Assembly: GCA_963809895.1 (NCBI GenBank)
Contig: CAWELD010000003.1
Location: 2,464,001 to 2,528,000, forward strand
Length of the DNA: 64,000 nucleotides
Source of the DNA: an uncultured Gemmatimonadales bacterium
GTDB taxonomy: Bacteria; Gemmatimonadota; Gemmatimonadetes; Longimicrobiales; Gaopeijiaceae
Reading direction: 5' to 3'
Shown: positions 19,150 through 28,639 of the stretch, piece after piece
How positions within the stretch are numbered: the first letter of the stretch is position 1
Layout of the letters: the number at the start of each line of letters is the position of its first letter
Translations under genes and position numbers: made by a program
Notes under the pieces: generated by a model
What the model was told of the DNA's origin: nothing
The model's database searches: none
The model's input: the letters and a program-made list of their open reading frames with translations, nothing else

Positions 19150-21747
19150 TCAGGGCAGGAGGGCCGCACGCAATCCCCCCGCCACGAGCGTGGAGATGTT
19201 GGTGAGGACGGTGGGCAGGGCCAACCCGCCCGGCGCGGCCAGATACCGTCCCTCCCAGCGGGGATCGAACTTCTCCTTGTAGGCCCGCAACCCCTGGAAG
19301 TTGTAGAAGTGCTCCCCGTAGCGGAACACCGCCGCGCCCAGGCGGTCCCAACGGGGCGCCATGGGCCTGTCTTCCAGACCCGACAGGGGAGCCATCCCCA
19401 GATTGAAGGTGGCGTAGCCCTGCTGCCGACCCCACAGCATGAGCTGGACGAACATGTACTCCATGCAGCTCCGTGGGGCCGTGGCGGGATCGTAGCGCAT
19501 GAGGTCCACGGAGAGCTCCTGGCCGGGAGCCGCCGGAAACAGATTGGCGAAGGCCACCGGCCGCTCCTCGACGGACACCAGGGCGACGGGCAGCCGTCGC
19601 AGGTAGTCCTCGGAAAAGGCACCCAGGCTGAAGGCCTTCTCGCGGGCGCCCTTGTCCGCCAGCCAGGCGTCGGAGATCTCGCGAAGCCTGGGAAGGTGGG
19701 GACCGACCTCGGTGGCGGGCAGCACCGAGAAGCGGCCGCCCTCCTGCTCCACCTTGCGCACCGTGCGCCGCAGCCCGCTGCGGGATCCCCCCTCGAGGCC
19801 GAACTCGGCCAGGGGCACCAGGGCTTCCTCACCGAGCTTCAGGAGCCGGAGGCCTGCGTCGGCGTAGAGGCCCAGATGACGCGGATGCGCCTGATAGAAG
19901 ACCGGCCAGCCTCCGTGGCGGAGGGCCATGCTCCGGAACTCCCACACGAGATCGGGAAGCGCGCCGTCCTCGCCCACGGGATCGCCCATGGACACCCAGC
20001 TGCGACCCTCGACGCCGAACATGACGAACCCCCGGCGCCCGGGATCGAGGAAGAAGGCCTTGTCACCCAGAAGGGCCAGATTGGCGTAGGAGCGGGGCGA
20101 CCGGGCCACCAGCTCCACGACGGCGTCGGGAATCACGCCCCGCGGCTCGGCTTCCGGCGGCACCGAAGGCCGCAGGAGCCGCGTCGCGCCGAAGAGGAGG
20201 AGCACGAGAGAAGCCCCCACCGCCCCCCGGAGAAACCGCGGCGCGTCGGCGCTGGCCGCGAAGCGCCACCAGACGTCGTGGGTGTAGCCCACGTTCCGGA
20301 AGGCGAAGAACCCGATCCAGAGGGCGGCCAGGAGCGTGGCTACGATCCCCATGGCCCAGCCCGGGCTGAAGGGCTCGGCGGTGAGTGACGAGGACCGGAA
20401 GAACTCCCGGTGCGAGGGCAGGAGCGCCGTCAACACCAGGAGCTGCGTCAGCGCCGAGATACCGATCCCCCCCCGGGTCACGGTGAGGACCAGCCCCACG
20501 CCCAGCAGCATGAGCGTCAGGTGATAGGCCCCGTCGAGCCGGCGAGCCAGGCCCCAGGCCAGGACCAGGAGTCCCGCTCCCACCACGCTGCCGAGAAAGT
20601 GGGAGACCTCCAGGACCGGGAGCGGGACCGCCTCGGCGAGCCAGCTGAGGCGAGCGGCCGGCAGCGGGAGCGAGCCGGTGACGAGCAGCAGCGCTCCCGC
20701 GATGAAGACGGCCGCGGACAGCGCCAGAGGCACCACGCCCGAGACCCCTTCGCCGACGCGCCCCATGGTGCGGCCCACCACACCACGCCTCACCCACAGC
20801 TCGTAGACCCCCAGCATGAGCGTGGCCAGCAGCAGGGGCAGGAGGTAGTAGACGGCCCGGTAGACCAGGAGCGAGGCCACCAGCGCGTCGTCGGCCACCC
20901 GATCCGGGAGTACCACGAGCAGGACCGCCTCGAACACCCCCAGTCCTCCGGGAACGTGGCTGATGAAGCCCACGATCTGCGCCAGGAGGAACGCGCTCAG
21001 GAAGAGGGGAAAGGACAGGCCGTGGTCCGAGGGCAGAAGCACGTAGAGGACGGCGGCGGCCACGGTCCAGTCGGCGAGGCCCGCCAGCACCTGCTTTACC
21101 GCCAGCCCCGGTCGGGGCAGGGTGACGCTCCAGCGTCCCAGGCGCAGCGGACGGCGGACCCGGGCCGCGGCGACCAGGTATCCCCCGGCCAGAATCAACA
21201 GCAGAACGCCCAGCGGAAGGGTCGTGAGACCGTGCCCGGTGCCCGGCAACGGCAGGGGCTCCAGGCTGAACGCCATGCCACCCACCACCACGAAGCCCAG
21301 CCAGAAGGTCCCGGAGTAGAAGGCGACGATGCGCGCGAACGCACCGGCCTCGACGCCCCAGGAGGCGTACAGGCGATAGCGGATGGGGGCCCCCGTGAGT
21401 AACGGGAACCCCAGCGCGTTGCTGAAGGCGTATCCGAGGAAGGAGGCGAAGGCGGCCTGCCGATAGGGCACGTCGGCGGTGACATAGCGCAACGCCAGCG
21501 CGTCGTAACTCGTGAGGATGGCGTAGCTGGCCGCCGTGAAGAGGAGGGCCAGTCCCACGCGGTAGGGCGCCAGCGCCTCCAGCTCCTCCATGACCTCGGC
21601 CAGGGCGTGCGCGCCCAGCTCCCTCTGCAGCACGACGAAGGCGCCGACGAGGAGGGCCACCGCCAGGAGCGGCGCCATCCACCGGCGCCAACCCGCGTGG
21701 GTGGCTCCAGCGTCACCGGGCCCCTCCACGCCTTCTTCGGGCCTCAC
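19150..21747 (-). CDS. mprF: Bifunctional lysylphosphatidylglycerol flippase/synthetase MprF
   Basis: Multi-TM N-terminus (RYRLYASWG, SHVPGGLGVFE, YRAVYYLLP) and DUF2156 domain (KLGEEA, EKAFSLG, VDLMRY, NLGMAPLSG, YNFQGLRAYKEKFDP). Confidence 0.95.
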   Translation of the reverse strand: MRPEEGVEGPGDAGATHAGWRRWMAPLLAVALLVGAFVVLQRELGAHALAEVMEELEALAPYRVGLALLFTAASYAILTSYDALALRYVTADVPYRQAAFASFLGYAFSNALGFPLLTGAPIRYRLYASWGVEAGAFARIVAFYSGTFWLGFVVVGGMAFSLEPLPLPGTGHGLTTLPLGVLLLILAGGYLVAAARVRRPLRLGRWSVTLPRPGLAVKQVLAGLADWTVAAAVLYVLLPSDHGLSFPLFLSAFLLAQIVGFISHVPGGLGVFEAVLLVVLPDRVADDALVASLLVYRAVYYLLPLLLATLMLGVYELWVRRGVVGRTMGRVGEGVSGVVPLALSAAVFIAGALLLVTGSLPLPAARLSWLAEAVPLPVLEVSHFLGSVVGAGLLVLAWGLARRLDGAYHLTLMLLGVGLVLTVTRGGIGISALTQLLVLTALLPSHREFFRSSSLTAEPFSPGWAMGIVATLLAALWIGFFAFRNVGYTHDVWWRFAASADAPRFLRGAVGASLVLLLFGATRLLRPSVPPEAEPRGVIPDAVVELVARSPRSYANLALLGDKAFFLDPGRRGFVMFGVEGRSWVSMGDPVGEDGALPDLVWEFRSMALRHGGWPVFYQAHPRHLGLYADAGLRLLKLGEEALVPLAEFGLEGGSRSGLRRTVRKVEQEGGRFSVLPATEVGPHLPRLREISDAWLADKGAREKAFSLGAFSEDYLRRLPVALVSVEERPVAFANLFPAAPGQELSVDLMRYDPATAPRSCMEYMFVQLMLWGRQQGYATFNLGMAPLSGLEDRPMAPRWDRLGAAVFRYGEHFYNFQGLRAYKEKFDPRWEGRYLAAPGGLALPTVLTNISTLVAGGLRAALLP

Positions 21748-22457
21748 GGGACCTCCGCCACCCGCTCGAGGATGATCCTCGCCACCCCGGCCGGGTCGGC
21801 GATGCGATGTCCGCCCGGACGCTCCACCGCCTCCATCAGGCCAGGAGGCGCGTGGGGACACAGCGCTTGGGACTCGTCCTCACCATAGACGCACACAACC
21901 CTCAGATCCCTCATCTTCTCCAACTCGGGCATGACCGGCCGATCGGAATCCCGGTGCACGTTCCGCACGAGATCCACCCAGTGGAAGGTGAAGCTCGCGT
22001 TGGCCGTGGGCCCGAGCAGCGCCACGAGCTCCACCCGCTCCCGAAGGTCTGTGGGAAGCCGGGTCACCGCAAAGGGCATCAGGTCGGCGCCCCGCGAATA
22101 TCCGATCAGGATCACCCGCTCGTGGTCACCGCCGGCCAGGTGCTCGCGAAGCACACGCGTCACGTCGGCCGCCAGACCCTCCGGATCGCGAGGCGCCGAG
22201 GTGAGGTAGGTGCGCGCGCGCAGTCCCACGACCGGGATCCCCGCCGCCGCCAGACTGTCCGCCACGACCCGGTCGGCGCCCGCCCAGTCGCCGTCGCCGG
22301 AGATGAACATGGCCACGGGTCGCCCCGGGGGGGCCGCGACCCGGCCCGACGCCGGGACATCCACCAGCGGCAGCTCGCCGGGGGGAGCCCCGGTGCACGC
22401 CGACGAGGCCGCGAGGAGCCCGGCCAGCATGGATGGGAGAACGGGGAAGCGGCGCAT
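21744..22457 (-). CDS. acvB: AcvB/VirJ family lysyl-PG hydrolase (single VirJ domain, lipoprotein signal)
   Basis: SGDGDW, GIPVVG, LIGYSRGAD, VCVYGEDE..LCP, PGGH. Confidence 0.88.
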   Translation of the reverse strand: MRRFPVLPSMLAGLLAASSACTGAPPGELPLVDVPASGRVAAPPGRPVAMFISGDGDWAGADRVVADSLAAAGIPVVGLRARTYLTSAPRDPEGLAADVTRVLREHLAGGDHERVILIGYSRGADLMPFAVTRLPTDLRERVELVALLGPTANASFTFHWVDLVRNVHRDSDRPVMPELEKMRDLRVVCVYGEDESQALCPHAPPGLMEAVERPGGHRIADPAGVARIILERVAEVP

Positions 22458-22519
22458 GGCGTCAGCCCGCCGACCGGGACCCCCCTTGCCCGCCGGCGGG
22501 GGCCCTTCCGGTCCGCCGC

Positions 22520-24094
22520 TCAGCGCGGCCTGGGGGTGAGGCGGGCCACAGGGACGACCATCTCCTCGGGTGAAATGCCCCCGTGCAGGAAGGAGTTCTT
22601 GTACTTGGCCTGGTACTCCCGGAGCTTCGTGGGATAGACGAAGAAGTGATCGTCCAGCGCCAACAGGTACGTGGTGCCCAGGCGGCCGGAGGGGAAGCGG
22701 ATGTCCCCCTGGTCGCGCGTGCTGAACACGTCGTCGGGCACCTCCGCCCTCAGGTCGACCCCGAACTTGTAGCGCAGGTTGGAGGTGGCGTCACGGCGGG
22801 CAAACACCGTGGTGGGGTGCTGGCACAGGATGGATCCGTGGTCCGTGGTGAGGACCACCCGGTGTCCCCCCGCCGCGGCCTCCTTGAGCACCTGGAAGGC
22901 AGTGGAGCGTTCGAACCAGGACCGGGTGAGGTCGCGAAGCGCCGCCTCGTCCTTGGCCACCTCCATGAGGATGGGGGACTCGGAGCGGCCGTGGGTCATG
23001 AGGTCCACGAAGTTGAAGACCAGCGCCACCACGGAGCCCGGCGTGCGCAGCGCCGAGCGGATGCGCGCGCGTACCTGCTCCGCCTCACGATCGGTGAAGA
23101 TCTTGTCGTAGTGGATGGGGACGTCACGCCCCGTCAGACGCCGGAGCTGCTCCGCCAGGAGCTCGTCCTCGAAAGCGTTGAGCGAGCCCTCGTCGTCGGA
23201 CTGATCCCACCACTCGGGCCGGGCACGGGCGATCTCGTCGGGGAACTGACCGCTGAAGATGGCGTTGCGGGCGTAGGGGGTCGCGGTGGGCAGGATCGAG
23301 TAGTGCAGCGACTCCTCGATCTCGAAGAAGGGGGCCAGCAGCGGCGCGATCACCCGCCACTGGTCCAGCCGCATGCAGTCCAGCACCACGAAGAAGACCG
23401 GCTCGTGGCCCAGCAGCGGCACCAGGTGACGCTTCACCAGGTCCACGGACAGATCCGGGCGGCCGTCGGCCGAGCGCATCCAGCGCGGATAGGTCTTCAC
23501 CATCCACTGCCCGAAGTCCCTGCGCAGGTCCACCATCATGGCCAGGATGCTGTCCAGGAGCCCCTCTTCGCCGGCCTGTTCCAGGCGAATGTGCCAGTCC
23601 ACGAGCTCCTGGAAGAGATCGGCGTAGTCCTGGGCGCTGTGGGCCTCGTGGCGCTTCACCGAGAGGCGCGAGAAGCGCGCGGCGAAGTCCTGGGCCACCT
23701 GCTGCTGCCGGATGGTGGAGCCCTCGAGGATGCGCGTGACCACGCTCAGCACCTGGCGGGGCGAGGTCGGCTTGACCAGGTAGTCGTCCACCCGGCGTCC
23801 GATGGCCTCGGTCATGGTCCGGTCTTCTTCCGACTTGGTGACCATCACCACCCGGGCGTGGGGGTCCTCGCGACGGAGCGCCTCCAGCACCTCCAGCCCC
23901 CGCCGGCCCGGCATCTGCTCGTCCAGGAGCACCAGGTCGTAGGGATTCTCGCGCAGAAGTGCCAGAGCGTCGTCGCCGTTGGAGATGGCGTCGACGTGAT
24001 AGCCCCGTGCCTGCAGGAAGAGAACGTGGGGGCGCAGGAGCTCCACCTCGTCGTCCACCCACAGGATGCGCTTGCCGCGGCTCACCTGGTTCAT
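22520..24094 (-). CDS. PorX-like response regulator (REC + PglZ/alkaline-phosphatase-like domain)
   Basis: ILWVDDE, LLDEQMPG, MVTKSEE, YLVKP; LDCMRLDQW, SILPTATPYARNAIFSG, FVDLMTH, TTDHG, HGGISPEEM. Confidence 0.9.
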   Translation of the reverse strand: MNQVSRGKRILWVDDEVELLRPHVLFLQARGYHVDAISNGDDALALLRENPYDLVLLDEQMPGRRGLEVLEALRREDPHARVVMVTKSEEDRTMTEAIGRRVDDYLVKPTSPRQVLSVVTRILEGSTIRQQQVAQDFAARFSRLSVKRHEAHSAQDYADLFQELVDWHIRLEQAGEEGLLDSILAMMVDLRRDFGQWMVKTYPRWMRSADGRPDLSVDLVKRHLVPLLGHEPVFFVVLDCMRLDQWRVIAPLLAPFFEIEESLHYSILPTATPYARNAIFSGQFPDEIARARPEWWDQSDDEGSLNAFEDELLAEQLRRLTGRDVPIHYDKIFTDREAEQVRARIRSALRTPGSVVALVFNFVDLMTHGRSESPILMEVAKDEAALRDLTRSWFERSTAFQVLKEAAAGGHRVVLTTDHGSILCQHPTTVFARRDATSNLRYKFGVDLRAEVPDDVFSTRDQGDIRFPSGRLGTTYLLALDDHFFVYPTKLREYQAKYKNSFLHGGISPEEMVVPVARLTPRPR

Positions 24095-24247
24095 GCTGGC
24101 CGGAAGTTGGCGGAGGAGGAGCGCCGGGAGAGCGCGTGAGGATCGTCTGAAGGTAGGAACCGGGCGAGTCCGGCGCGACCCGTGCCACCGCGTCGGGACG
24201 CCGCCCGGCCCGGCCGGTGCAACGCTTTCGGATCCCATGACGTCCAC

Positions 24248-24265
24248 TATAATGAGCATCATGAT
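24248..24265 (+). promoter_or_regulatory. -10 box and palindrome upstream of padR
   Basis: TATAAT at 24248-24253 followed by ATCATGAT palindrome in an AT-rich patch. Confidence 0.45.
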
Positions 24266-24298
24266 ATCTGCGCTCTCCGCCTTCGGACGCTCCACGCC

Positions 24299-24649
24299 AT
24301 GACTGCCGATCCCGACTCGTTCCTGCCGCTGACCACCCCCGAGTACCACGTGCTGCTGGCGCTGGGGGACCGGGCGCTGCACGGCTACGCCATGATGCAG
24401 TCGCTGGACGACAAGACCGGCGGCCGCGAGGCGCTCCTGCCGGGCACGCTCTACGCCACGGTGGCGCGCATGCTCACCCGGGGCCTGCTGACGGAGCTCG
24501 AGCACCCGCCGGAGAGCGACGCCGACCCCCGCCGGCGCTACTACCGGGTCACGCCGCTGGGGCGCGCGGTGGCCCGGGCCGAATCGGCGAGGCTGCGGCG
24601 ACTTCTGGAGGTCGCGGAACGCGAGAACCTGGCGCCGGAGCGTCCGTGA
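24299..24649 (+). CDS. PadR family transcriptional regulator (ADOP-associated type)
   Basis: HVLLAL...HGYAMM...PGTLY...RRRYYRVTPLGR. Confidence 0.92.
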   Translation: MTADPDSFLPLTTPEYHVLLALGDRALHGYAMMQSLDDKTGGREALLPGTLYATVARMLTRGLLTELEHPPESDADPRRRYYRVTPLGRAVARAESARLRRLLEVAERENLAPERP

Positions 24650-27402
24650 CAGGGCCCGGCCGGCTCGTCGAGGGTCTCTTCGCCCTGGCGACCCGATGCT
24701 ATCCGCGCTGGATCCGGCACTCCATGGGCGCGCAGATGCGGGAGGCGTTCCGGGCCGGCTACCGGGAGCACCGGGCGCGAGGTGGCCGAGGGGCGGCACT
24801 GCGATACGCACTACGGGCCATCGCCGATGCGGTGGTCAACGGACTCGAGGAACGAACGCGAGGAGGCCCGGGCGACGTCCCGCGCACCTCGAACACGGGA
24901 GGAGGCATGCGGCGCTTGGCGGAGTGGCTTGCCGATCTGAAGCTGGCGGGACGGACGCTGCGCCGGTCCCCGGGATTCACCGGGGCGGCGATCCTGGTGC
25001 TGGCGCTGGGCATCGGCGCCAATGCGGCCATCTTCAGCGCGGTGAAGGCCACGCTGCTGGCGCCGCCCCCCTTCCCGGACCCCCAGCGCCTCGTGGTGTT
25101 GAACCTCACGGACTCGTCCACCACGGACCCCGGCCCGGCCCGGAGCTTCATCTGGTCCTATCCGAAGTATCGCGTGATGGCGGAGACCGAGGGCCGGCTG
25201 GCCGACCCGGTGGCCGCCTACGCCCGGCGCACCCTGACCCTCACGGGCCAGGGCGACGCCACGGTGGTCACGACGGAGCTGGTGACGCCGGACTACCTGG
25301 ACGTGCTGGGGATCACGCCGATGCTGGGACGGGATTTCGCGGCCTCGGACGACGTGGACGGCGCACCGCCCACCGTGCTGCTCTCGCACGGGATCTGGCA
25401 GGATCGCTTCGGCGCGGACCCCGGGGTCGTGGGCCGCTCCGTGACCCTCAACGGGCGCGCCGCCACCGTGATCGGCGTGGCGCCCGCCGGCTTCCGGGGC
25501 CTCACCGGACAGGCCCGCATGTGGGCGCCCATTCACACCGGTGCGCAGCTCATCACCCCCATCCTCGTCAGGGGAGCGCAGGCCCACTGGCTGCTGGCCA
25601 TCGGCCGGCTCCGGCCCGGCGCGACGGCCACGGCCATGGACGAGCAGATGCACGCCATCGGCCGCACCATCGCCGAGACCTACCCCGATTCCGATCCAAC
25701 CGTGATCCGGGGAGGCAACGCCGAATCGCTCATGGAAGCGCGCGTCAATCCACAGGCGCGCCGTTCCTTGCTCGTGTTGAGCGCCGCCGCGGCCCTCCTC
25801 CTTCTGGTTGCGTGCGGCAACCTCGCCGGCCTGCTGGTGGCCCGGGCCAGTGCCCGCGTGCGCGAAACGGCCGTACGCGTCGCCTTGGGTGCGGGGCGCT
25901 GGCGGGTCGCGCGCACATTGCTGACCGAGAGCGTCCTGCTGGCCGCCCTCGGAGGAGCCGCGGCCATGCTGGTGGCGCGCTTCGGCACCGACGCGCTGGT
26001 GGCCGCCTGGCCGGCGCGCTTCCTGGACGGGGGTTGGAATCTGCGCTTCGCCGATCTGGACCGGATTCGGGTCGATGGGTGGGTGCTGGCCTTCACCGGT
26101 GCTCTGGCGCTGGCCGCCGGGATCCTGTTCGGGGCCGTGCCCGCCCTGTCGGCGCTGCGGGTGCGCCCCGGGCGGGCTCTACGCGAAGGTGCGGCAGGGG
26201 CCGTGGGAGGTCGCAGCACGTGGGACGTGCGGAGCGCCCTCGTCGCCGGCGAGATGGCGCTGGCCCTGGTCCTTCTCGTGGGCGCGGGCCTGCTGCTCCG
26301 CTCGCTGGGGCAGCTCAACGCCGTGGACCGGGGCTACACGCCCGGGAACCTGGTGACCTTCGACGTGAGCCTGCCCAGCACCAGTCGCTGGGCCGACGAT
26401 CGCGCGGGTTTCTACGAGGACTACCTGAATCGGCTGCGGGGGATTCCCGGGGTGGAGAGCGCGGCCATGGGCTGCGTGGCGCCGGTGTCCGGCCACTGCA
26501 TGATCACGGGCGTGCGTGAAGCCGGGGACCGGAGCTGGCCCGAGGGGTCGCGGCCGGCCATCGGCGTGCACTACGTGAGCGACGGCTTCTTCTCGACGCT
26601 GGGCATTCCGGTCCTGGAGGGGCGCGACTTCGGCCCACAGGATCAGCGCGACTCGCCCCCGGTGATCGTGTTGAGCCAGGAGGCCGCCCGTCAGCTCTTT
26701 CCCGATGGCGGCGCGCTGGGCCGCCGCGTCGCCATGGGCACCGAGCTCACCTCCGACGAGGGCAGCTACGCCCAGGTCGTGGGCATCGTGGGCGACGTTC
26801 TCTTCGACCGCCCGGAGAACGGCATCATGCCCGAGGCCTTCATCAGCCATCGACAGGAGGACGGCTACGGGACCTTCTTCCTGCGGACCCGCGGCGAGCC
26901 CATGGCGGCTGTGCCGGCCGCCCGAGCGGCGCTGGCCGAGATCGATCCCGACGTGCCCCTGGCCAGCGTCGAGACGCTGGATCAGGTCGAGGCGGGAGCG
27001 TCGGCGGAGACGCGCTCCCTGGGTGGTCTGCTCGCGGTGTTCGCCGCGCTGGCCCTGATCATGGCGTGCACCGGCGTCTGGGCGGTGGTGGCCTACGCGG
27101 TCAGCCGCCGGACCCGGGAGCTCGGGTTGCGGGTCGCCCTCGGCGCCGAACCGGGGCAGGTGGTGGGTCTGGTCATGCGTAAGGGGCTGACGCTGGCGTT
27201 GGCGGGGGCGGCCCTGGGAGGGCTGGGCGCCTGGGCGGCCACTCGTCTCCTCCGGAGCCTGCTGTACGACGTGGCGCCATCGGACCCCACGGCCTTCGTG
27301 GGAGGCGTCGCCGCGCTACTGCTGGTGGCGGGGCTGGCCGCCTGGATCCCGGCGCGCCGGGCTACGAGACTCGACCCCATGGAGGCGCTCAGGGCCGACT
27401 GA
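24646..27402 (+). CDS. ADOP-type duplicated MacB/FtsX ABC permease
   Basis: RSPGFT..LALGIGANAAIFS, LLVACGNLAGLL, RVALGAGR, RRTRELGLRVALGA, IPARRATRLDPMEALRAD; GTGA overlap with padR. Confidence 0.92.
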   Translation: MTGPGRLVEGLFALATRCYPRWIRHSMGAQMREAFRAGYREHRARGGRGAALRYALRAIADAVVNGLEERTRGGPGDVPRTSNTGGGMRRLAEWLADLKLAGRTLRRSPGFTGAAILVLALGIGANAAIFSAVKATLLAPPPFPDPQRLVVLNLTDSSTTDPGPARSFIWSYPKYRVMAETEGRLADPVAAYARRTLTLTGQGDATVVTTELVTPDYLDVLGITPMLGRDFAASDDVDGAPPTVLLSHGIWQDRFGADPGVVGRSVTLNGRAATVIGVAPAGFRGLTGQARMWAPIHTGAQLITPILVRGAQAHWLLAIGRLRPGATATAMDEQMHAIGRTIAETYPDSDPTVIRGGNAESLMEARVNPQARRSLLVLSAAAALLLLVACGNLAGLLVARASARVRETAVRVALGAGRWRVARTLLTESVLLAALGGAAAMLVARFGTDALVAAWPARFLDGGWNLRFADLDRIRVDGWVLAFTGALALAAGILFGAVPALSALRVRPGRALREGAAGAVGGRSTWDVRSALVAGEMALALVLLVGAGLLLRSLGQLNAVDRGYTPGNLVTFDVSLPSTSRWADDRAGFYEDYLNRLRGIPGVESAAMGCVAPVSGHCMITGVREAGDRSWPEGSRPAIGVHYVSDGFFSTLGIPVLEGRDFGPQDQRDSPPVIVLSQEAARQLFPDGGALGRRVAMGTELTSDEGSYAQVVGIVGDVLFDRPENGIMPEAFISHRQEDGYGTFFLRTRGEPMAAVPAARAALAEIDPDVPLASVETLDQVEAGASAETRSLGGLLAVFAALALIMACTGVWAVVAYAVSRRTRELGLRVALGAEPGQVVGLVMRKGLTLALAGAALGGLGAWAATRLLRSLLYDVAPSDPTAFVGGVAALLLVAGLAAWIPARRATRLDPMEALRAD

Positions 27403-27440
27403 CGCCCTCCGGCGCACGGCGTGCGCGAGATCGCTCAGCC

Positions 27441-27477
27441 ACCGACCCCCGCCACTTGATAAACGGCGGGGGTCGGT
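27441..27477. terminator. 13-bp perfect inverted repeat (terminator and/or operator) before the mrp operon
   Basis: ACCGACCCCCGCC-N11-GGCGGGGGTCGGT followed by TTC. Confidence 0.55.
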
Positions 27478-27559
27478 TTCAATATAGGCGGCGCTTTTCT
27501 CCGGGGGACCGCGCCCCGACTCACCCCGCCACAACGCTGACGCCTGCGAAGGAGGACCC

Positions 27560-28042
27560 GTGAGGGGATATCTCGGCTTGGCCCTGCTCCTGGGGGCGGC
27601 CTGGGTCTTGTGGTCCTTCTACTTCACGCCACTCCTCCTCTCTCTCGGCGCTGCCTCGGTCCTCCTGGTCCTGTTCGTCGTCCACCGCATGAAGGTCGTG
27701 GACGATGAGGCCAATCAGGTGGATCTGGTGAACATCCGCACGATCCTCTACGTGCCCTGGCTGCTCTGGGAAGTCGTCAAGGCGAACCTGGACGTGGCCA
27801 AGCTGATCCTGGACCCGAAGGTCCCGATCTCGCCGCGCATGATCCGGGTTCCGGCCAGCCAACGCACGGCGCTGGGCAAGGTGGTCTACGCCAACTCCAT
27901 CACGCTCACGCCGGGCACCATCAGCGTGGACGTGGACGAGGAGGAGAGCACGATCCTGGTGCACGCCCTCACGAAGGGCGCCGCCGACGGCCTGGAGACC
28001 GGTGAGATGGATCGCCGGGTCAGCGCGCTGGAGGGCAACTGA
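27560..28042 (+). CDS. mrpE: Mrp Na+/H+ antiporter subunit E
   Basis: KANLDVAKLIL, ISP, YANSITLTPGTISVD, ILVHAL; RBS AGGAGG. Confidence 0.93.
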   Translation: MRGYLGLALLLGAAWVLWSFYFTPLLLSLGAASVLLVLFVVHRMKVVDDEANQVDLVNIRTILYVPWLLWEVVKANLDVAKLILDPKVPISPRMIRVPASQRTALGKVVYANSITLTPGTISVDVDEEESTILVHALTKGAADGLETGEMDRRVSALEGN

Positions 28043-28043
28043 C

Positions 28044-28313
28044 GTGTTCACCATGGCCCTCCTGGCGATCCTGGGTACCATGCTCCTGGCCCTGACCCGG
28101 GCCTGGCGCGGACCCACCGTCTACGACCGCATCCTCGCGGTCAACTCCTTCGGCACCGTGACGGTGCTCTTCATCGCGGTGCTGGGCTTCTTCAACGGCC
28201 GGCCCGACTTCCTGGACCTGGCGCTGCTCTACGCGCTCCTGAACTTCATCGGCACCTTCGCCATCCTGCGGTACTTCCTGTACGGCAACTTCCACGAGCC
28301 GGGACGGGACTGA
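28044..28313 (+). CDS. mrpF: Mrp antiporter subunit F
   Basis: GPTVYDRILAVN, DLALLYALLNFIGT. Confidence 0.92.
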   Translation: MFTMALLAILGTMLLALTRAWRGPTVYDRILAVNSFGTVTVLFIAVLGFFNGRPDFLDLALLYALLNFIGTFAILRYFLYGNFHEPGRD

Positions 28314-28315
28314 GG

Positions 28316-28639
28316 ATGGCCTGGGCACTGGACGCGCTGAGCTGGCTCTTCCTGGCCGTGGGATCGGTGTTCTGCCTCATCGGCGGACTCGGACTCCTGC
28401 GCATGCCCGGCTTCTACTCGCGCGCACACGCCTCGGGCATCACCGACACGCTGGGTGCCGGTTCGATCCTCATCGGCCTGACCTTCCAGGCCGGGTGGTC
28501 GCCCAACACCATCAAGCTGCTTCTCATCCTCTACTTCCTGCTGTTGACCAGCCCCACCGCGGCCCACGCCCTGCTCAACGGCGCGTACACCCGCGGGCTG
28601 AAGCCCAGGACGGAGAGCGATGCCGGAGGTGAGCCGTGA
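28316..28639 (+). CDS. mrpG: Mrp antiporter subunit G
   Basis: GLLRMPGFYSRAHASGITDTLG, LTSPTAAHAL. Confidence 0.92.
   Translation: MAWALDALSWLFLAVGSVFCLIGGLGLLRMPGFYSRAHASGITDTLGAGSILIGLTFQAGWSPNTIKLLLILYFLLLTSPTAAHALLNGAYTRGLKPRTESDAGGEP

Noticed and set aside
22520..24094. BREX phage-defence system suggested by the PglZ domain
   Set aside because: PglZ is fused to a receiver domain (PorX type) and no brxC, pglX or brxL gene is present.
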